A DNA stretch of 64,000 nt from an uncultured Nitrospiraceae bacterium (GCA_963730935.1 CAVSTP010000003.1:320001-384000); one strand, 5' to 3'. Shown: positions 46,483 to 56,186, counted from the stretch's first letter. Translations and numbers: made by a program. Notes: generated from the sequence alone by a model not told the origin.

Positions 46483-47808
46483 TTACGACGGCCGCAGTCC
46501 CACAACCCAGGCCAGCTTTGCGGCAAACAACGCGAGGCTCGCGAGAAGGAGCCCCGCTGCGACCCAGACGCTAGTTTGGACGTAGGGCGAACCGAGCGGA
46601 ACAGTCCATGTCAAGGAGGCCAACACGGACAGCGCGATCGTTCCGAGGCTCAGGCCGGTCAACTGTACCGCTCGCCAGCGGTTCATGATCCCGTCGAGCT
46701 GGGCGCGATACACCTCTCGCTTCGCATGATTTTGCACACGAGTGGCCGTCAACAGATCCGGCACAACGTACGACAGGCCGCCGCAGATCACCTGCGTGAG
46801 AAACCCGATAAAGGCCAGGTGCGTATAGGCCACCAAGTGGAGTGAGCCGATCGGCAGGAGCGGCGGACTTCTTAAGTAGTTGGCTCCCATTACAAGACCG
46901 GTGGCGGTGGCCAAGAGCAGAAAGATCGCGCCGATCAGCAGATGATCGATCGCAGCCGTTCCCGGTGAGCTGGCTTTCAGCCAGGTCGCGACAAGGTGAA
47001 CGGTGCACAAGGTGATACTGGCGAACAGCAGGCACCCCACTGCGATTTGCAGCCATACGGCGGACATGAGAAACGCCCCGAGCAAGACGGCAAAGCCTAC
47101 TGGAAGAAACCAGAGGACGAATCTGGTCATCGAGCTGAGGACGAGAGGCGTTCGCAAGAGAACAGGCATGAGCTGACACAAGGCGACGATGAGGCTCAGC
47201 GTCAAGCACCCCAACACAATGAGATGAATGTGGCCAAGTCGTGCGTGGGCGTAAAACCCGTCAGTCAGGCGGAATGCCATCGCCGTACCAGCAGCCAGTC
47301 CGACAAATAGAGCGACAAGGGCGATCCGATACATGCTTCCTTCACCGGCCGCTTTGCCGAAGTGGATCCAGGCCGTTTTTGAGAGCGACAGCACTGTGGC
47401 AGCAAGCAGGAGCCCTGCGAGGCCGACGACCGTCATGTTCCCCAGCCAAAAGCCGAGGAGCAGCGCTGCCGTCGCACCGTTCCACGCCAGAAACAGCGTG
47501 GTATGGGACTGCGCATCTGCATCTTTGCGGTCCGAAGCACGCGTGATCGAGAGCAATACGCCAATCGCAAGCTGCAAGATGCCGCCGACCAGCGCCCCGT
47601 GGGCATGCACGGGTTTCAACCAACGAGGCAGTGGTGTGCCGTAGACCGATCCGATGATCAGCGCGATGCCGAGCAGGAATGACACCGACAGCCACGTGAA
47701 ACCGGTCAGGAGAAACGTTAACGGTGTCCCAGACAAAGACAGGAGAGCAGGAGCACTGCGCTTCACCGGACGCTGTGCCTGAGACGGAGATACGAGCGAT
47801 TGTCTCAT
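46483..47808 (-). CDS. Polytopic membrane protein with three His-containing helices (NnrS/heme-copper oxidase subunit I-like)
   Basis: About 12 TM; HAHGALVG, HIHLIVLG, YTHLAFIG; ATGA overlap with the thiD stop. Confidence 0.65.
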   Translation of the reverse strand: MRQSLVSPSQAQRPVKRSAPALLSLSGTPLTFLLTGFTWLSVSFLLGIALIIGSVYGTPLPRWLKPVHAHGALVGGILQLAIGVLLSITRASDRKDADAQSHTTLFLAWNGATAALLLGFWLGNMTVVGLAGLLLAATVLSLSKTAWIHFGKAAGEGSMYRIALVALFVGLAAGTAMAFRLTDGFYAHARLGHIHLIVLGCLTLSLIVALCQLMPVLLRTPLVLSSMTRFVLWFLPVGFAVLLGAFLMSAVWLQIAVGCLLFASITLCTVHLVATWLKASSPGTAAIDHLLIGAIFLLLATATGLVMGANYLRSPPLLPIGSLHLVAYTHLAFIGFLTQVICGGLSYVVPDLLTATRVQNHAKREVYRAQLDGIMNRWRAVQLTGLSLGTIALSVLASLTWTVPLGSPYVQTSVWVAAGLLLASLALFAAKLAWVVGLRPS

Positions 47809-48608
47809 CGTTCGGCTAAGAAATAGAAATGATTGGTCGGGCCCGAGCCGTGACCGATCGCCAGACTGTGGCGGATTGCTTCGGTCACATAAGCCTTGGC
47901 CGACTGAATTGCGTCGACGACGGATTTGCCGTGTGCAAGATGGGCGGCAATGGCCGACGCATACGTGCAACCGGTGCCGTGCGTATGAGGCGTTTCGATG
48001 AACTCACCCTTGAACACGTTGAAGAACCTGCCGTCAAAGAGCAGGTCGGTGGCGCGCTCGGCGAGCAGATGCCCGCCCTTGATGAGGACGTGCTTGCAAC
48101 CGAAGCCATGAATGACTTTGGCCGCGCGGCGGGCCTCGGCAAGCGAGGTGATCCTGATGCCTGACAGTTGCTGTGCCTCATGAACGTTCGGCGTGACGAG
48201 AAGGGCGATCGGAAACAGCTGCTTCTTCATCGCTTCGATCGCGTCGGGGTTCAAGAGGGTATGCCCGCTCTTAGAGATCATCACGGGGTCGACCACCAGG
48301 TTGAATACCTGTTGCGGCTTCAACATCTTTGCGACGGTCTCGACGATGGGGACCGACGACAACATGCCGGTCTTAACCGCCGCAATCTCAAAATCGTCAA
48401 AGACGGCATCGATCTGGGCGGCGATCACCAAAGGCGGCACCTCAAAGATGTCCGTGACCTCTTCCGTGTTTTGGGCAGTGATGGCCGTGATGACCGACAT
48501 CGCAAACACGCCGTTTGCGGACATGGCCTTGATGTCGGCTTGAATGCCTGCGCCGCCGCCGGAATCCGAACCGGCAATGGTCAGCACCTGCTTGAGGGTC
48601 GTCGTCAT
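47805..48608 (-). CDS. thiD: Hydroxymethylpyrimidine/phosphomethylpyrimidine kinase
   Basis: LTIAGSDSGGGAGIQAD, KTGML, DPVM, TPN..EA, THGTGCT. Confidence 0.96.
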   Translation of the reverse strand: MTTTLKQVLTIAGSDSGGGAGIQADIKAMSANGVFAMSVITAITAQNTEEVTDIFEVPPLVIAAQIDAVFDDFEIAAVKTGMLSSVPIVETVAKMLKPQQVFNLVVDPVMISKSGHTLLNPDAIEAMKKQLFPIALLVTPNVHEAQQLSGIRITSLAEARRAAKVIHGFGCKHVLIKGGHLLAERATDLLFDGRFFNVFKGEFIETPHTHGTGCTYASAIAAHLAHGKSVVDAIQSAKAYVTEAIRHSLAIGHGSGPTNHFYFLAER

Positions 48609-48662
48609 GGCGGTGAGTGTCGCCCGCGATGCGGAAAAGTCAGCATATATATACGTTGCGAC

Positions 48663-48986
48663 GGAAGTCTGTCCAGCGTCTGGCCGCAGCGGGTCTCGAC
48701 ACCGGGCGGGGTGCGACGACGGACTTCCACATTTTCCCTTCTTCTCCTGCCGGTGTTACTTCTAAAACGACAAGGGGACCAACGTCTGACCGGCGACTTA
48801 CACGGAGGCTCGGGTCACCGCACTTGCCGAGCGGATGCGGTCCGCTGAGCGGACGGCAAGCACTGTTCGAAGCTGCGTTCTCGCGAAGTGTTGAACGCAG
48901 CAAGTTGCACAGCCGCGCAGATGTGAGGCCTAGTGCGGTCGAGCCGGAGTGCTTGAGCCCGGCAGGCGCTGGTTCCCTGAACCAGC
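48663..48986. other. Highly structured non-coding element (ncRNA or MITE-like repeat)
   Basis: Nested stems 48775-93/48959-76, 48807-24/48932-45, 48872-80/48893-901, plus 48663-73/48718-28. Confidence 0.5.
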
Positions 48987-49655
48987 TCACACTGGCCATT
49001 GCTCCTCATTCCAGGCCATTTCCCAGAACATCCACTCGTAGCGGGAGCTGATGACGAACGAGTCTTCCATGCGCCGCTTTTCTTCCTGCCCCGCCGTCTT
49101 TGCCCACTGATCCACCTTCTTGCGCATCCACCGCTGCACTTCGGCAAATTCTGGCGAAGCGTAGAGCATGAGCCAATCCCGATAGGGGTGGCGTTTCGGC
49201 GGAGGACCGTGTCGCAACAGATGCCGGCCTACGACACAATAGATCCAGGCGCAGGGCAACGCCACGACGGTGATCTCAGCCGCCGAACCCGATTGAGCGA
49301 TCGCCAGCATATGGCGAGTATAAGCGTAGTTGCTTGGTGCCATCGGGACCGACGTCATCTGTTTGGGGCTCATGTTCCACTTCGTCCCATACCCTTCGTG
49401 CAGACTTCTCTCGACGACGATGGTCTCCTCCGCCAGCTTGGTCAATCGCAGGGCGGACTCTGAATCAGGCGCACGCAGGGCGCCCGCAGAGAAGACGCGT
49501 GCCAGTTCGCCGAGAAAGCGTGCGTCTTGCAGGATGTAGTAGCGAAACTTGTGCTCCGGCAACGTGCCGTTGCCGAGCGCGACGACGAAGGGATGCGTCA
49601 ACTGCGCATCCCAGATCGGCTGAGCCAGCTGTCGAAGACGATTCGAAAAGGACAT
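48987..49655 (-). CDS. tenA: Thiaminase II / aminopyrimidine aminohydrolase
   Basis: HPFV..L..GTL, YILQD..FL, ALPCAWIY catalytic Cys, YE..FWEMA. Confidence 0.93.
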   Translation of the reverse strand: MSFSNRLRQLAQPIWDAQLTHPFVVALGNGTLPEHKFRYYILQDARFLGELARVFSAGALRAPDSESALRLTKLAEETIVVERSLHEGYGTKWNMSPKQMTSVPMAPSNYAYTRHMLAIAQSGSAAEITVVALPCAWIYCVVGRHLLRHGPPPKRHPYRDWLMLYASPEFAEVQRWMRKKVDQWAKTAGQEEKRRMEDSFVISSRYEWMFWEMAWNEEQWPV

Positions 49656-49659
49656 AGAG

Positions 49660-51066
49660 TTATAGCGCTTCCGGGGCCCACGGCCTCGGCAGCCGGTTGA
49701 TGCCGTCCAAGGCGGCAACTTTGTAGCATTCGGCGAGCGTAGGATAGTTGAAGACGGTGTCGATGAAATAGTCGATCTTTCCGTTGTACGCCATCACGGC
49801 TTGTCCGATATGGATGAGTTCGGTGGCCCCTTCGCCGATCGCGTGTACGCCGAGAAGCGCGTGCGTCTGCCGGTGGAAGAGCAGTTTGAGCATTCCGGTC
49901 TCGTCGCCGATCAATTGTCCCCTGGCGATTTCGCGATAGCGGGCGATGCCGACGCCGTACGGAACGTCCTCTCTGACCAGCTCCTCTTCGTTCTTCCCGA
50001 CCATCGAAATTTCCGGAATCGCGTATATGCCGAAGGGCAGCAAGTCCGTATCCGTCCGGTCGGATATGCCGAAGGCGTGGCAGGACGCATGACGACCCTG
50101 CTGCATGGAGGTGGACGCGAGCGCGGGAAAACCGATGACATCTCCGGCCGCATAGATGTGGGGGATCGCCGTCTGGAAATGAGCATTGACGTACAGACGG
50201 CCCCGCTGATCCGGCGTGAGGCCGATGGCCTCCAGGTTGAGGTCTTTCGTCGCCCCTTCACGTCCGATGGCATACATCAGCGTGCTGGACTGTATCGGTT
50301 TCGCATGTCTGAGGCAGACGTTGACATGGTGATCGCTCTCTTTGGCGATCGTCAGCACCTCTTCCTCGTGATAGAGCGCCACGCCGATATCTTTCATCTG
50401 GGTTTGGAGGGTGGTGATGATCTCTTCATCGACGAACTCCAGGAGACGAGGACGTTTGTCGATCAACGTCACGGGAATGCCCAGCGCAGCGAGGATCGAG
50501 GCGTATTCGGTGCCGATGACGCCGCCGCCCACGATCACGATCGAATCAGGAATGCGTTTGAGCCGAAGCAAGCCGTCCGTGTCGATGACGGCTTCGTCAT
50601 CGAACGGCACCTCCAGGGGTCTGGCGGGCTCGGTGCCGACCGCGATCACGATGAAGTCCGCTGTGTGTTCGACCTCACCTGCCGTCTGGGCAATGTGCAA
50701 TCGATGTGGATCGACGAAACTGGCCTTGCCGTAGATCATGTCGACGCGGTTGCGGGACATCTGATTCTTCACGATGGCGATCTCGTTCGCGATCACGTGG
50801 TTGGCGCGGAAGGCGAGGTCCTCGATCGTGATGTGGGCTTTCACCCGATAGCCGGCGCCGTAGAGATTGCGCTGCCGGAAGCCGGACAGGTAGAGGACGG
50901 CCTCGCGCAAGGATTTGCTGGGAATGGTGCCGGTATGGATGCAAACGCCGCCGACCATCTCCTTCCGCTCGATGATGCCGACGTGTTTTCCAAGCTTGGC
51001 GGCTTGAACGGCGGCCTTTTGACCGGCAGGCCCCGTGCCAATGACCAGAAGGTCGTAGTGCGCCAT
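49660..51066 (-). CDS. sthA: Soluble pyridine nucleotide transhydrogenase
   Basis: GGVCIHTGTIPSK (CxxxxT), GFPALAS..MQQGR, FNYPTLAECYKVAA. Confidence 0.93.
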   Translation of the reverse strand: MAHYDLLVIGTGPAGQKAAVQAAKLGKHVGIIERKEMVGGVCIHTGTIPSKSLREAVLYLSGFRQRNLYGAGYRVKAHITIEDLAFRANHVIANEIAIVKNQMSRNRVDMIYGKASFVDPHRLHIAQTAGEVEHTADFIVIAVGTEPARPLEVPFDDEAVIDTDGLLRLKRIPDSIVIVGGGVIGTEYASILAALGIPVTLIDKRPRLLEFVDEEIITTLQTQMKDIGVALYHEEEVLTIAKESDHHVNVCLRHAKPIQSSTLMYAIGREGATKDLNLEAIGLTPDQRGRLYVNAHFQTAIPHIYAAGDVIGFPALASTSMQQGRHASCHAFGISDRTDTDLLPFGIYAIPEISMVGKNEEELVREDVPYGVGIARYREIARGQLIGDETGMLKLLFHRQTHALLGVHAIGEGATELIHIGQAVMAYNGKIDYFIDTVFNYPTLAECYKVAALDGINRLPRPWAPEAL

Positions 51067-51140
51067 GAAGACCTCAACGGAAGGGTGAGACCCAACACCG
51101 GGATGGACAGAGCGCGGTGGTCAGATCTTCCCCGGCTCTC

Positions 51141-51800
51141 TCAACTGACCGTAATGAGCTTGCGTGCCACCTGAAAGGCTTCGTCCAAGTCGGGTAATTG
51201 AGCCAGTTCGGGGGTGATTTGCAAGTGGCGGACGATGTTCCTGGCGTCGACGACCATGACGGCCCGCGCCAGGATGTGCGGGTCCTTTAACAGCAGGCCA
51301 TATGATTTGCCGAAATCCGCATTGCGAAAGTCCGAAAGGAATGTCACGTTATTGATCTTGGCTTCTTCCGCAAAGCGCTTTTGCGCAAAGGGCGTGTCGA
51401 TGCTGACGGTGATGAGCTCAACCATCTTGTCGAGGCCCTTGTTTTTCTCGCTGAGGTAATGGGTTTGCTGCTCGCACACCTTGGTGTCGAGCGACGGGAC
51501 GACGCTGATAATACGGACCTTCCCCTTGCCGGCGGTATCCGTAAGGTTGATGAGCGAGTTGTCGGGTTGAGCGAGCTTGACGCTCCGCAACTGGTCGCCC
51601 ACTTTGATGCCGTTGCCGGAAAGCGATAGGGGACTGCCTTTGAACAGGACATTGTGCCCATCACCGGCGGTCGCACTGCCGTCGGCTACGGTGTAGTTTT
51701 TGTAGAGAAACGTGTCGTGTCCGCCACCGCTGCAGCCGGGCAGGATCAGGGCGCTAAGGAAGGTGAGGAAGTATCGCTTCCGGATCAACATCATGAACAT
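51141..51800 (-). CDS. tpx: Thiol peroxidase (Tpx family) with a lipoprotein signal
   Basis: SVVPSLDTKVC peroxidatic motif, SIDTPFAQKRF, LARAV; lipobox LPGC. Confidence 0.85.
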   Translation of the reverse strand: MFMMLIRKRYFLTFLSALILPGCSGGGHDTFLYKNYTVADGSATAGDGHNVLFKGSPLSLSGNGIKVGDQLRSVKLAQPDNSLINLTDTAGKGKVRIISVVPSLDTKVCEQQTHYLSEKNKGLDKMVELITVSIDTPFAQKRFAEEAKINNVTFLSDFRNADFGKSYGLLLKDPHILARAVMVVDARNIVRHLQITPELAQLPDLDEAFQVARKLITVS

Positions 51801-51829
51801 CCTCCATCTCGCTGCACAGCGCAGCGGTA

Positions 51830-52762
51830 CTACCGCCGCAAAAATTCTATCATAGCTCGGTTCGCCAGATCAGGTCGTTCCCACTGGGGGATGTGCCCTG
51901 CGTTGGGAATGCGCACGAGGGCGGAGCCTTTGATCGTTCGCTGGAGATCTTCGCCGGCCGGAAGGGGAAAGACCTGATCCTCTTCGCCCCACAGGATGAG
52001 CGTCGGATGCCGGATCTCCCCGATCCGTTTTGCAAAGCCGCTCTCCCACAGTGGCAGCGTATCGCGGATGGTCATGAGCGGCGGGATCACACCGGGCCGT
52101 TGCCGGTTGCGGTTGGAGCGCTCGATGACTGCGGGCGTCAGCAGGGCGGGATCGTGCACGATCTCTTTCAGGACCGATTCAATCATCACGCCGCCGAACA
52201 GCCAATTGCCGAACGAGGCCAGCCACGAAGGTGCAGCCGTATCGAGCGCCCGTTTGATGGATGGGCTGGTCAAGCGTTCGCGCACGTTGGCCGGAAGGCC
52301 GTCGATGAGGACCAGTTGCGAGACACGGTCTGGATAGGTCAGGGCCATTCCGATGGCCAAGCCGGCACCCATGGAGTTGCCCACCAGCGCCACTTGCCGA
52401 ATGCGCAACGCGTCCATGAAGCCGATGAAGTAATCCAGCATTTGTTCCGGCCGGTACTCAATCTCCGGCTTTGTGGACAGCCCGGAGCCGATAAGGTCAG
52501 GGGTGATTAGGCGGAATTCCGCTGAGAGCGGCTGTTGCTGATGCTCCCACTGCCACATGGATCCGCCAAAGCCATGGATCAGAATAACCGGCTGGCCTTT
52601 CCCGACATCCAGATAGGCCACGCGCTCGCCATTCACCTCAACGGTGTGGATGGGAATCCGCTCAAAGGCTTCAAAATAGGGAGGAATCAGAGGAGGAGAA
52701 GAGCAAGCCGTCATGACGATCAGTAACGCGAGACTAACCGCGAGGCCTCGCCTGTTCAACAT
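51830..52762 (-). CDS. Alpha/beta hydrolase, probable lipoprotein
   Basis: MTAC lipobox; IHGFGG, GNSMG, GEED, AGH. Confidence 0.88.
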   Translation of the reverse strand: MLNRRGLAVSLALLIVMTACSSPPLIPPYFEAFERIPIHTVEVNGERVAYLDVGKGQPVILIHGFGGSMWQWEHQQQPLSAEFRLITPDLIGSGLSTKPEIEYRPEQMLDYFIGFMDALRIRQVALVGNSMGAGLAIGMALTYPDRVSQLVLIDGLPANVRERLTSPSIKRALDTAAPSWLASFGNWLFGGVMIESVLKEIVHDPALLTPAVIERSNRNRQRPGVIPPLMTIRDTLPLWESGFAKRIGEIRHPTLILWGEEDQVFPLPAGEDLQRTIKGSALVRIPNAGHIPQWERPDLANRAMIEFLRR

Positions 52763-52792
52763 CCTGCAAGCCACGCACATTGCCGGACGGTG

Positions 52793-54733
52793 TTATTCCA
52801 ATTGGACGACCGTCTCATCTGTTTTGACGTTTTCGCCTTCAGCCACAAGGATGGCGGCGACTTTCCCGTCGATCGGCGCCGGCACGCGGCTTTCCATTTT
52901 CATCGCTTCAATAATTAGCAACGGATCGCCAGCTTTGACCTGTTGATCCTTGGCGACGAGCACCTTGACGACCCGCCCGGGCATCGGGGGCGCCACGTCG
53001 CCGGGTTTGGAGGGCTTCGGTCGTTTTGGCTTGGCGTCCTTGCCGGTCTCCGGAGCTTCAGGCACACCCGCCAACACTTCCTGAATGGCTTCGAGCGAGA
53101 CCTCCTCGAGCTTGTCGTTGACACGGATGTAGTAGGGTTTGCGTCCGTCGGTCTTGCGGCCGGATCCAGAGACCTTCACATGATAGGTTTCGCCGTGGAC
53201 AGTGACGTTGAACTCAACAGGCGCCAAATGCAGTTCGCCGGCCACTGCCGGCCCTTTAGCCGGCGACATTTCAAGCGGTTCCGGAACGAGGTCGCCTTTT
53301 TCTCGCGCCTCGAAGAAGTCCCGTGCGATCGCGGGGAACAGCACAAACGAGAGTTGGTCTTCGACCGTTTCCGCCGAGGGAGGAAGGTCTTTTTTGACTG
53401 CATCCAGCTCGGGATCCAACCGATCCGCCGGTCTTGTCCTGATCGGTTCTTCGTCGCCGATGGCTCGGGCCATAATATCCCGATCCACTTGCCCGGGAGC
53501 GCGGCCATAGAGGCCGAGGAAGTAATTCTTGGTTTCATTCGTGATGACCTTGTAGCGCTCGCCCGTCAGGACGTTTAGCGTCGCCTGCGTGCCGACGATC
53601 TGGCTCGTAGGGGTGACGAGCGGTGGATAGCCCATGTCCTTCCGTACTCCCGGGACTTCATCGAGCACTTCCTTCATGCGGTCGAGCGCATTCTGTTCCG
53701 TGAGCTGTGCGGCGAGATTCGAGAGCATGCCGCCTGGGATCTGGGAGGTCAAAATCTCCGCATCAACGCCGGTGAAATCGCTTTCGAACTGGCGATACCG
53801 GCGGCGGACGGTCCGGAAGTGATCGGTAATCGGCAACAACGAGTCAAGTGCCAGTCCCGTGTCGTAGGGTGTGCCATGCAGCGAGGCAACCATGGATTCG
53901 GTCGCCGGATGCGACGTGCCTCCGGCCAGCGGCGACATGGCGGTGTCCAGCATGTCGAGTCCGGCCAAGATCGCCATGAGCGCCGACATCGAGGCCATGC
54001 CTGACGTGTAATGGGAATGCAGATGGATCGGCACTTTCACGGCGGCTTTCAGGCGGCGCACCAACTGATAGGCATCGAGAGGGGCCAACAGACCGGCCAT
54101 GTCCTTGATGCACAACGTGTCGGTGCCGAGATCTTCGAGTTGCTTGGCCAAATCGACATAACGGTCGATGCTGTGAACAGGGCTGACGGTGTAACTGATC
54201 GCCGCTTCCGCGTGCTTGCCGCAGGCTTTTACCTCACGGATCGACCGGTCGACGTTCCGCACGTCGTTCAGCGCATCGAAGATGCGGAAGACGTCGATGC
54301 CGTTTGCGGCGGACCGTTCAATGAACCGCTCGAGGACGTCGTCCGCATAGTGGCGGTAGCCCACGAGGTTTTGCCCCCGGAGCAGCATCTGCAGCTTCGT
54401 ATGCGGCATGGCGGCACGAAGCGCGCGCAGCCGTTCCCAGGGATCTTCTTTGAGAAAACGCAAACAGGTGTCGAAGGTCGCGCCGCCCCAGACCTCCAGA
54501 GACCAAAAGCCGACGGCGTCGAGCTTTTGAGCGATCGGCAGCATGTCCTCCGTTCGCATGCGCGTGGCCAGGAGGGATTGGTGCCCGTCGCGCAGCGCGA
54601 CGTCCGTGATGAGAATCGGCTTCCCGGGGGCCGGTTGAATGGCGAGTTCGCGCGGACGAGAGGATGACTTAGTGACTGCGCCCGAAGGGCGCTTCTTTGC
54701 CGCGGGCCGCTTGATAGATCGTCTCGTCGCCAT
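52793..54733 (-). CDS. pycB: Biotin-dependent 2-oxoacid carboxylase, carboxyltransferase + biotinyl subunit (PycB/CfiA type)
   Basis: LRDGHQSL, EVWGGATFD, IKDMAG, HSH, PGGMLSN, EAMKM. Confidence 0.88.
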   Translation of the reverse strand: MATRRSIKRPAAKKRPSGAVTKSSSRPRELAIQPAPGKPILITDVALRDGHQSLLATRMRTEDMLPIAQKLDAVGFWSLEVWGGATFDTCLRFLKEDPWERLRALRAAMPHTKLQMLLRGQNLVGYRHYADDVLERFIERSAANGIDVFRIFDALNDVRNVDRSIREVKACGKHAEAAISYTVSPVHSIDRYVDLAKQLEDLGTDTLCIKDMAGLLAPLDAYQLVRRLKAAVKVPIHLHSHYTSGMASMSALMAILAGLDMLDTAMSPLAGGTSHPATESMVASLHGTPYDTGLALDSLLPITDHFRTVRRRYRQFESDFTGVDAEILTSQIPGGMLSNLAAQLTEQNALDRMKEVLDEVPGVRKDMGYPPLVTPTSQIVGTQATLNVLTGERYKVITNETKNYFLGLYGRAPGQVDRDIMARAIGDEEPIRTRPADRLDPELDAVKKDLPPSAETVEDQLSFVLFPAIARDFFEAREKGDLVPEPLEMSPAKGPAVAGELHLAPVEFNVTVHGETYHVKVSGSGRKTDGRKPYYIRVNDKLEEVSLEAIQEVLAGVPEAPETGKDAKPKRPKPSKPGDVAPPMPGRVVKVLVAKDQQVKAGDPLLIIEAMKMESRVPAPIDGKVAAILVAEGENVKTDETVVQLE

Positions 54734-54767
54734 GGTTCGTCTCGGGAGGATGAGCTGCCGTCCGGTG

Positions 54768-56186
54768 CTACAACCCCTCGTAAGCCGCGATTGCGGCGGA
54801 AATCGCCACCACCAGATCTTCCGGCTGCTCGAATTCGTCATACGTGAAGAGGTCGGGGTGAGTCTCCAGGTAAGAGGTGTCGAAACGCCCGGCGAGAAAG
54901 TCCTGGTCTTGCATGATGGCCTTCATAAACGGAATCGTGGTCTTGACGCCGCGCAGCACGTACTCTTCGAGCGACCGCCGCATGCGGCTGACGGTTTCTT
55001 CCCAGGTGCGGCCGCGCACGGTCAGCTTGGCCAGCAAGGCGTCGTAATAGGGCGGCACCTTGTAGTCCTTATACACAGCGCCATCGATCCGGACGCCAAT
55101 GCCGCCAGGCGACAGGTAGGCAGTGACCGTGCCCGTGCAAGGCAGAAAATTGTTCTTCGGATCCTCGGCGTTGATCCGGCATTGGATCGCGTGGCCCTGC
55201 AGCGTGACCTCCTCTTGGTCGATGTCAAGCGGCTTGCCCGCAGCGATGGAAATCTGGTTGCGCACGATGTCGATTGCCGTGATCTGTTCGGTCACCGTAT
55301 GTTCCACCTGCAGCCGGGGGTTCATTTCAATGAAGTAGAATCGGCCCTCCTGGTCCAGCAAGAATTCGACGGTTCCGGCGTTGTCGTAGTTGACGGCCCG
55401 GGCAATCGTAATCGCGGCGTCGCCCATTTCTTTGCGCAGTTTCGGCGTCAAAATCAGCGAAGGAGCGATTTCAATCAGCTTCTGATGCCGACGCTGGATC
55501 GAGCAATCCCGTTCCCCGAGATGGATGATGTGGCCATGCCGGTCGGCGAGGATCTGAAATTCAATGTGATGCGGCCGCTCAATGTACTTTTCGAGAAAGA
55601 CACTGCCGTCTCCGAACGCCGCCTGGGCTTCCCGGGAGGCCACCTCCATGTTCTCTCGCAGCTCCGTATCCGAACGGACGACGCGAAGTCCCCGGCCGCC
55701 GCCTCCGGCGCTGGCTTTGATGATCACGGGATAGCCGACCTTGTTGGCGAAGGCCAGAGCGTCGGTCGCCTCGCTGACCCCGCCGTTGGTTCCTGGGACG
55801 ATGGGGACGCCGACGGATTCGGCCAGTTCCCGGGCCTTCACTTTGCTGCCCATCAGCGTAATGGCGGCAGGGGAAGGACCGATGAAAGTGATGCCTGCGG
55901 CATGGCACCGCCCGGCGAACTCGGCATTTTCGGAAAGAAATCCGTACCCCGGGTGAATGGCGTCTGCACCAATGCGCAGGGCAAGCTCGACGATCTGCCG
56001 CCCATCAAGGAATCCTTTCACCGGTCCTGGGCCAACGACATACGCTTCGTCGGCCTTCTTGACGTAGATCCCGGTTGAATCTGCCTCGGAATAGATGGCC
56101 GCGGTCGCGATGTTCAATTCACGGCAGGCGCGGATAATCCGCATGGCGATCTCACCGCGATTGGCCACGAGGATTTTCTTGAACAT
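54768..56186 (-). CDS. pycA: Biotin carboxylase subunit (PycA/CfiB type)
   Basis: MFKKILVANRGEIA, HPGYGFLSEN, GGGGRG, RDCSIQRRHQK, EMNPRLQVEH. Confidence 0.88.
   Translation of the reverse strand: MFKKILVANRGEIAMRIIRACRELNIATAAIYSEADSTGIYVKKADEAYVVGPGPVKGFLDGRQIVELALRIGADAIHPGYGFLSENAEFAGRCHAAGITFIGPSPAAITLMGSKVKARELAESVGVPIVPGTNGGVSEATDALAFANKVGYPVIIKASAGGGGRGLRVVRSDTELRENMEVASREAQAAFGDGSVFLEKYIERPHHIEFQILADRHGHIIHLGERDCSIQRRHQKLIEIAPSLILTPKLRKEMGDAAITIARAVNYDNAGTVEFLLDQEGRFYFIEMNPRLQVEHTVTEQITAIDIVRNQISIAAGKPLDIDQEEVTLQGHAIQCRINAEDPKNNFLPCTGTVTAYLSPGGIGVRIDGAVYKDYKVPPYYDALLAKLTVRGRTWEETVSRMRRSLEEYVLRGVKTTIPFMKAIMQDQDFLAGRFDTSYLETHPDLFTYDEFEQPEDLVVAISAAIAAYEGL

Noticed and set aside
48609..48986. 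TPP riboswitch upstream of thiD
   Set aside because: CUGAGA and the CUGAU..UAAU..GCG.AGG core are not found on the minus strand
48617..49051. ORFs 48617..49051(+) and 48640..48999(-)
   Set aside because: No RBS or recognisable motifs; the region is better explained by base-paired structure
49801..51174. 457-aa + strand ORF
   Set aside because: Antisense shadow of sthA
54639..56078. 479-aa + strand ORF
   Set aside because: Antisense shadow of the biotin carboxylase gene
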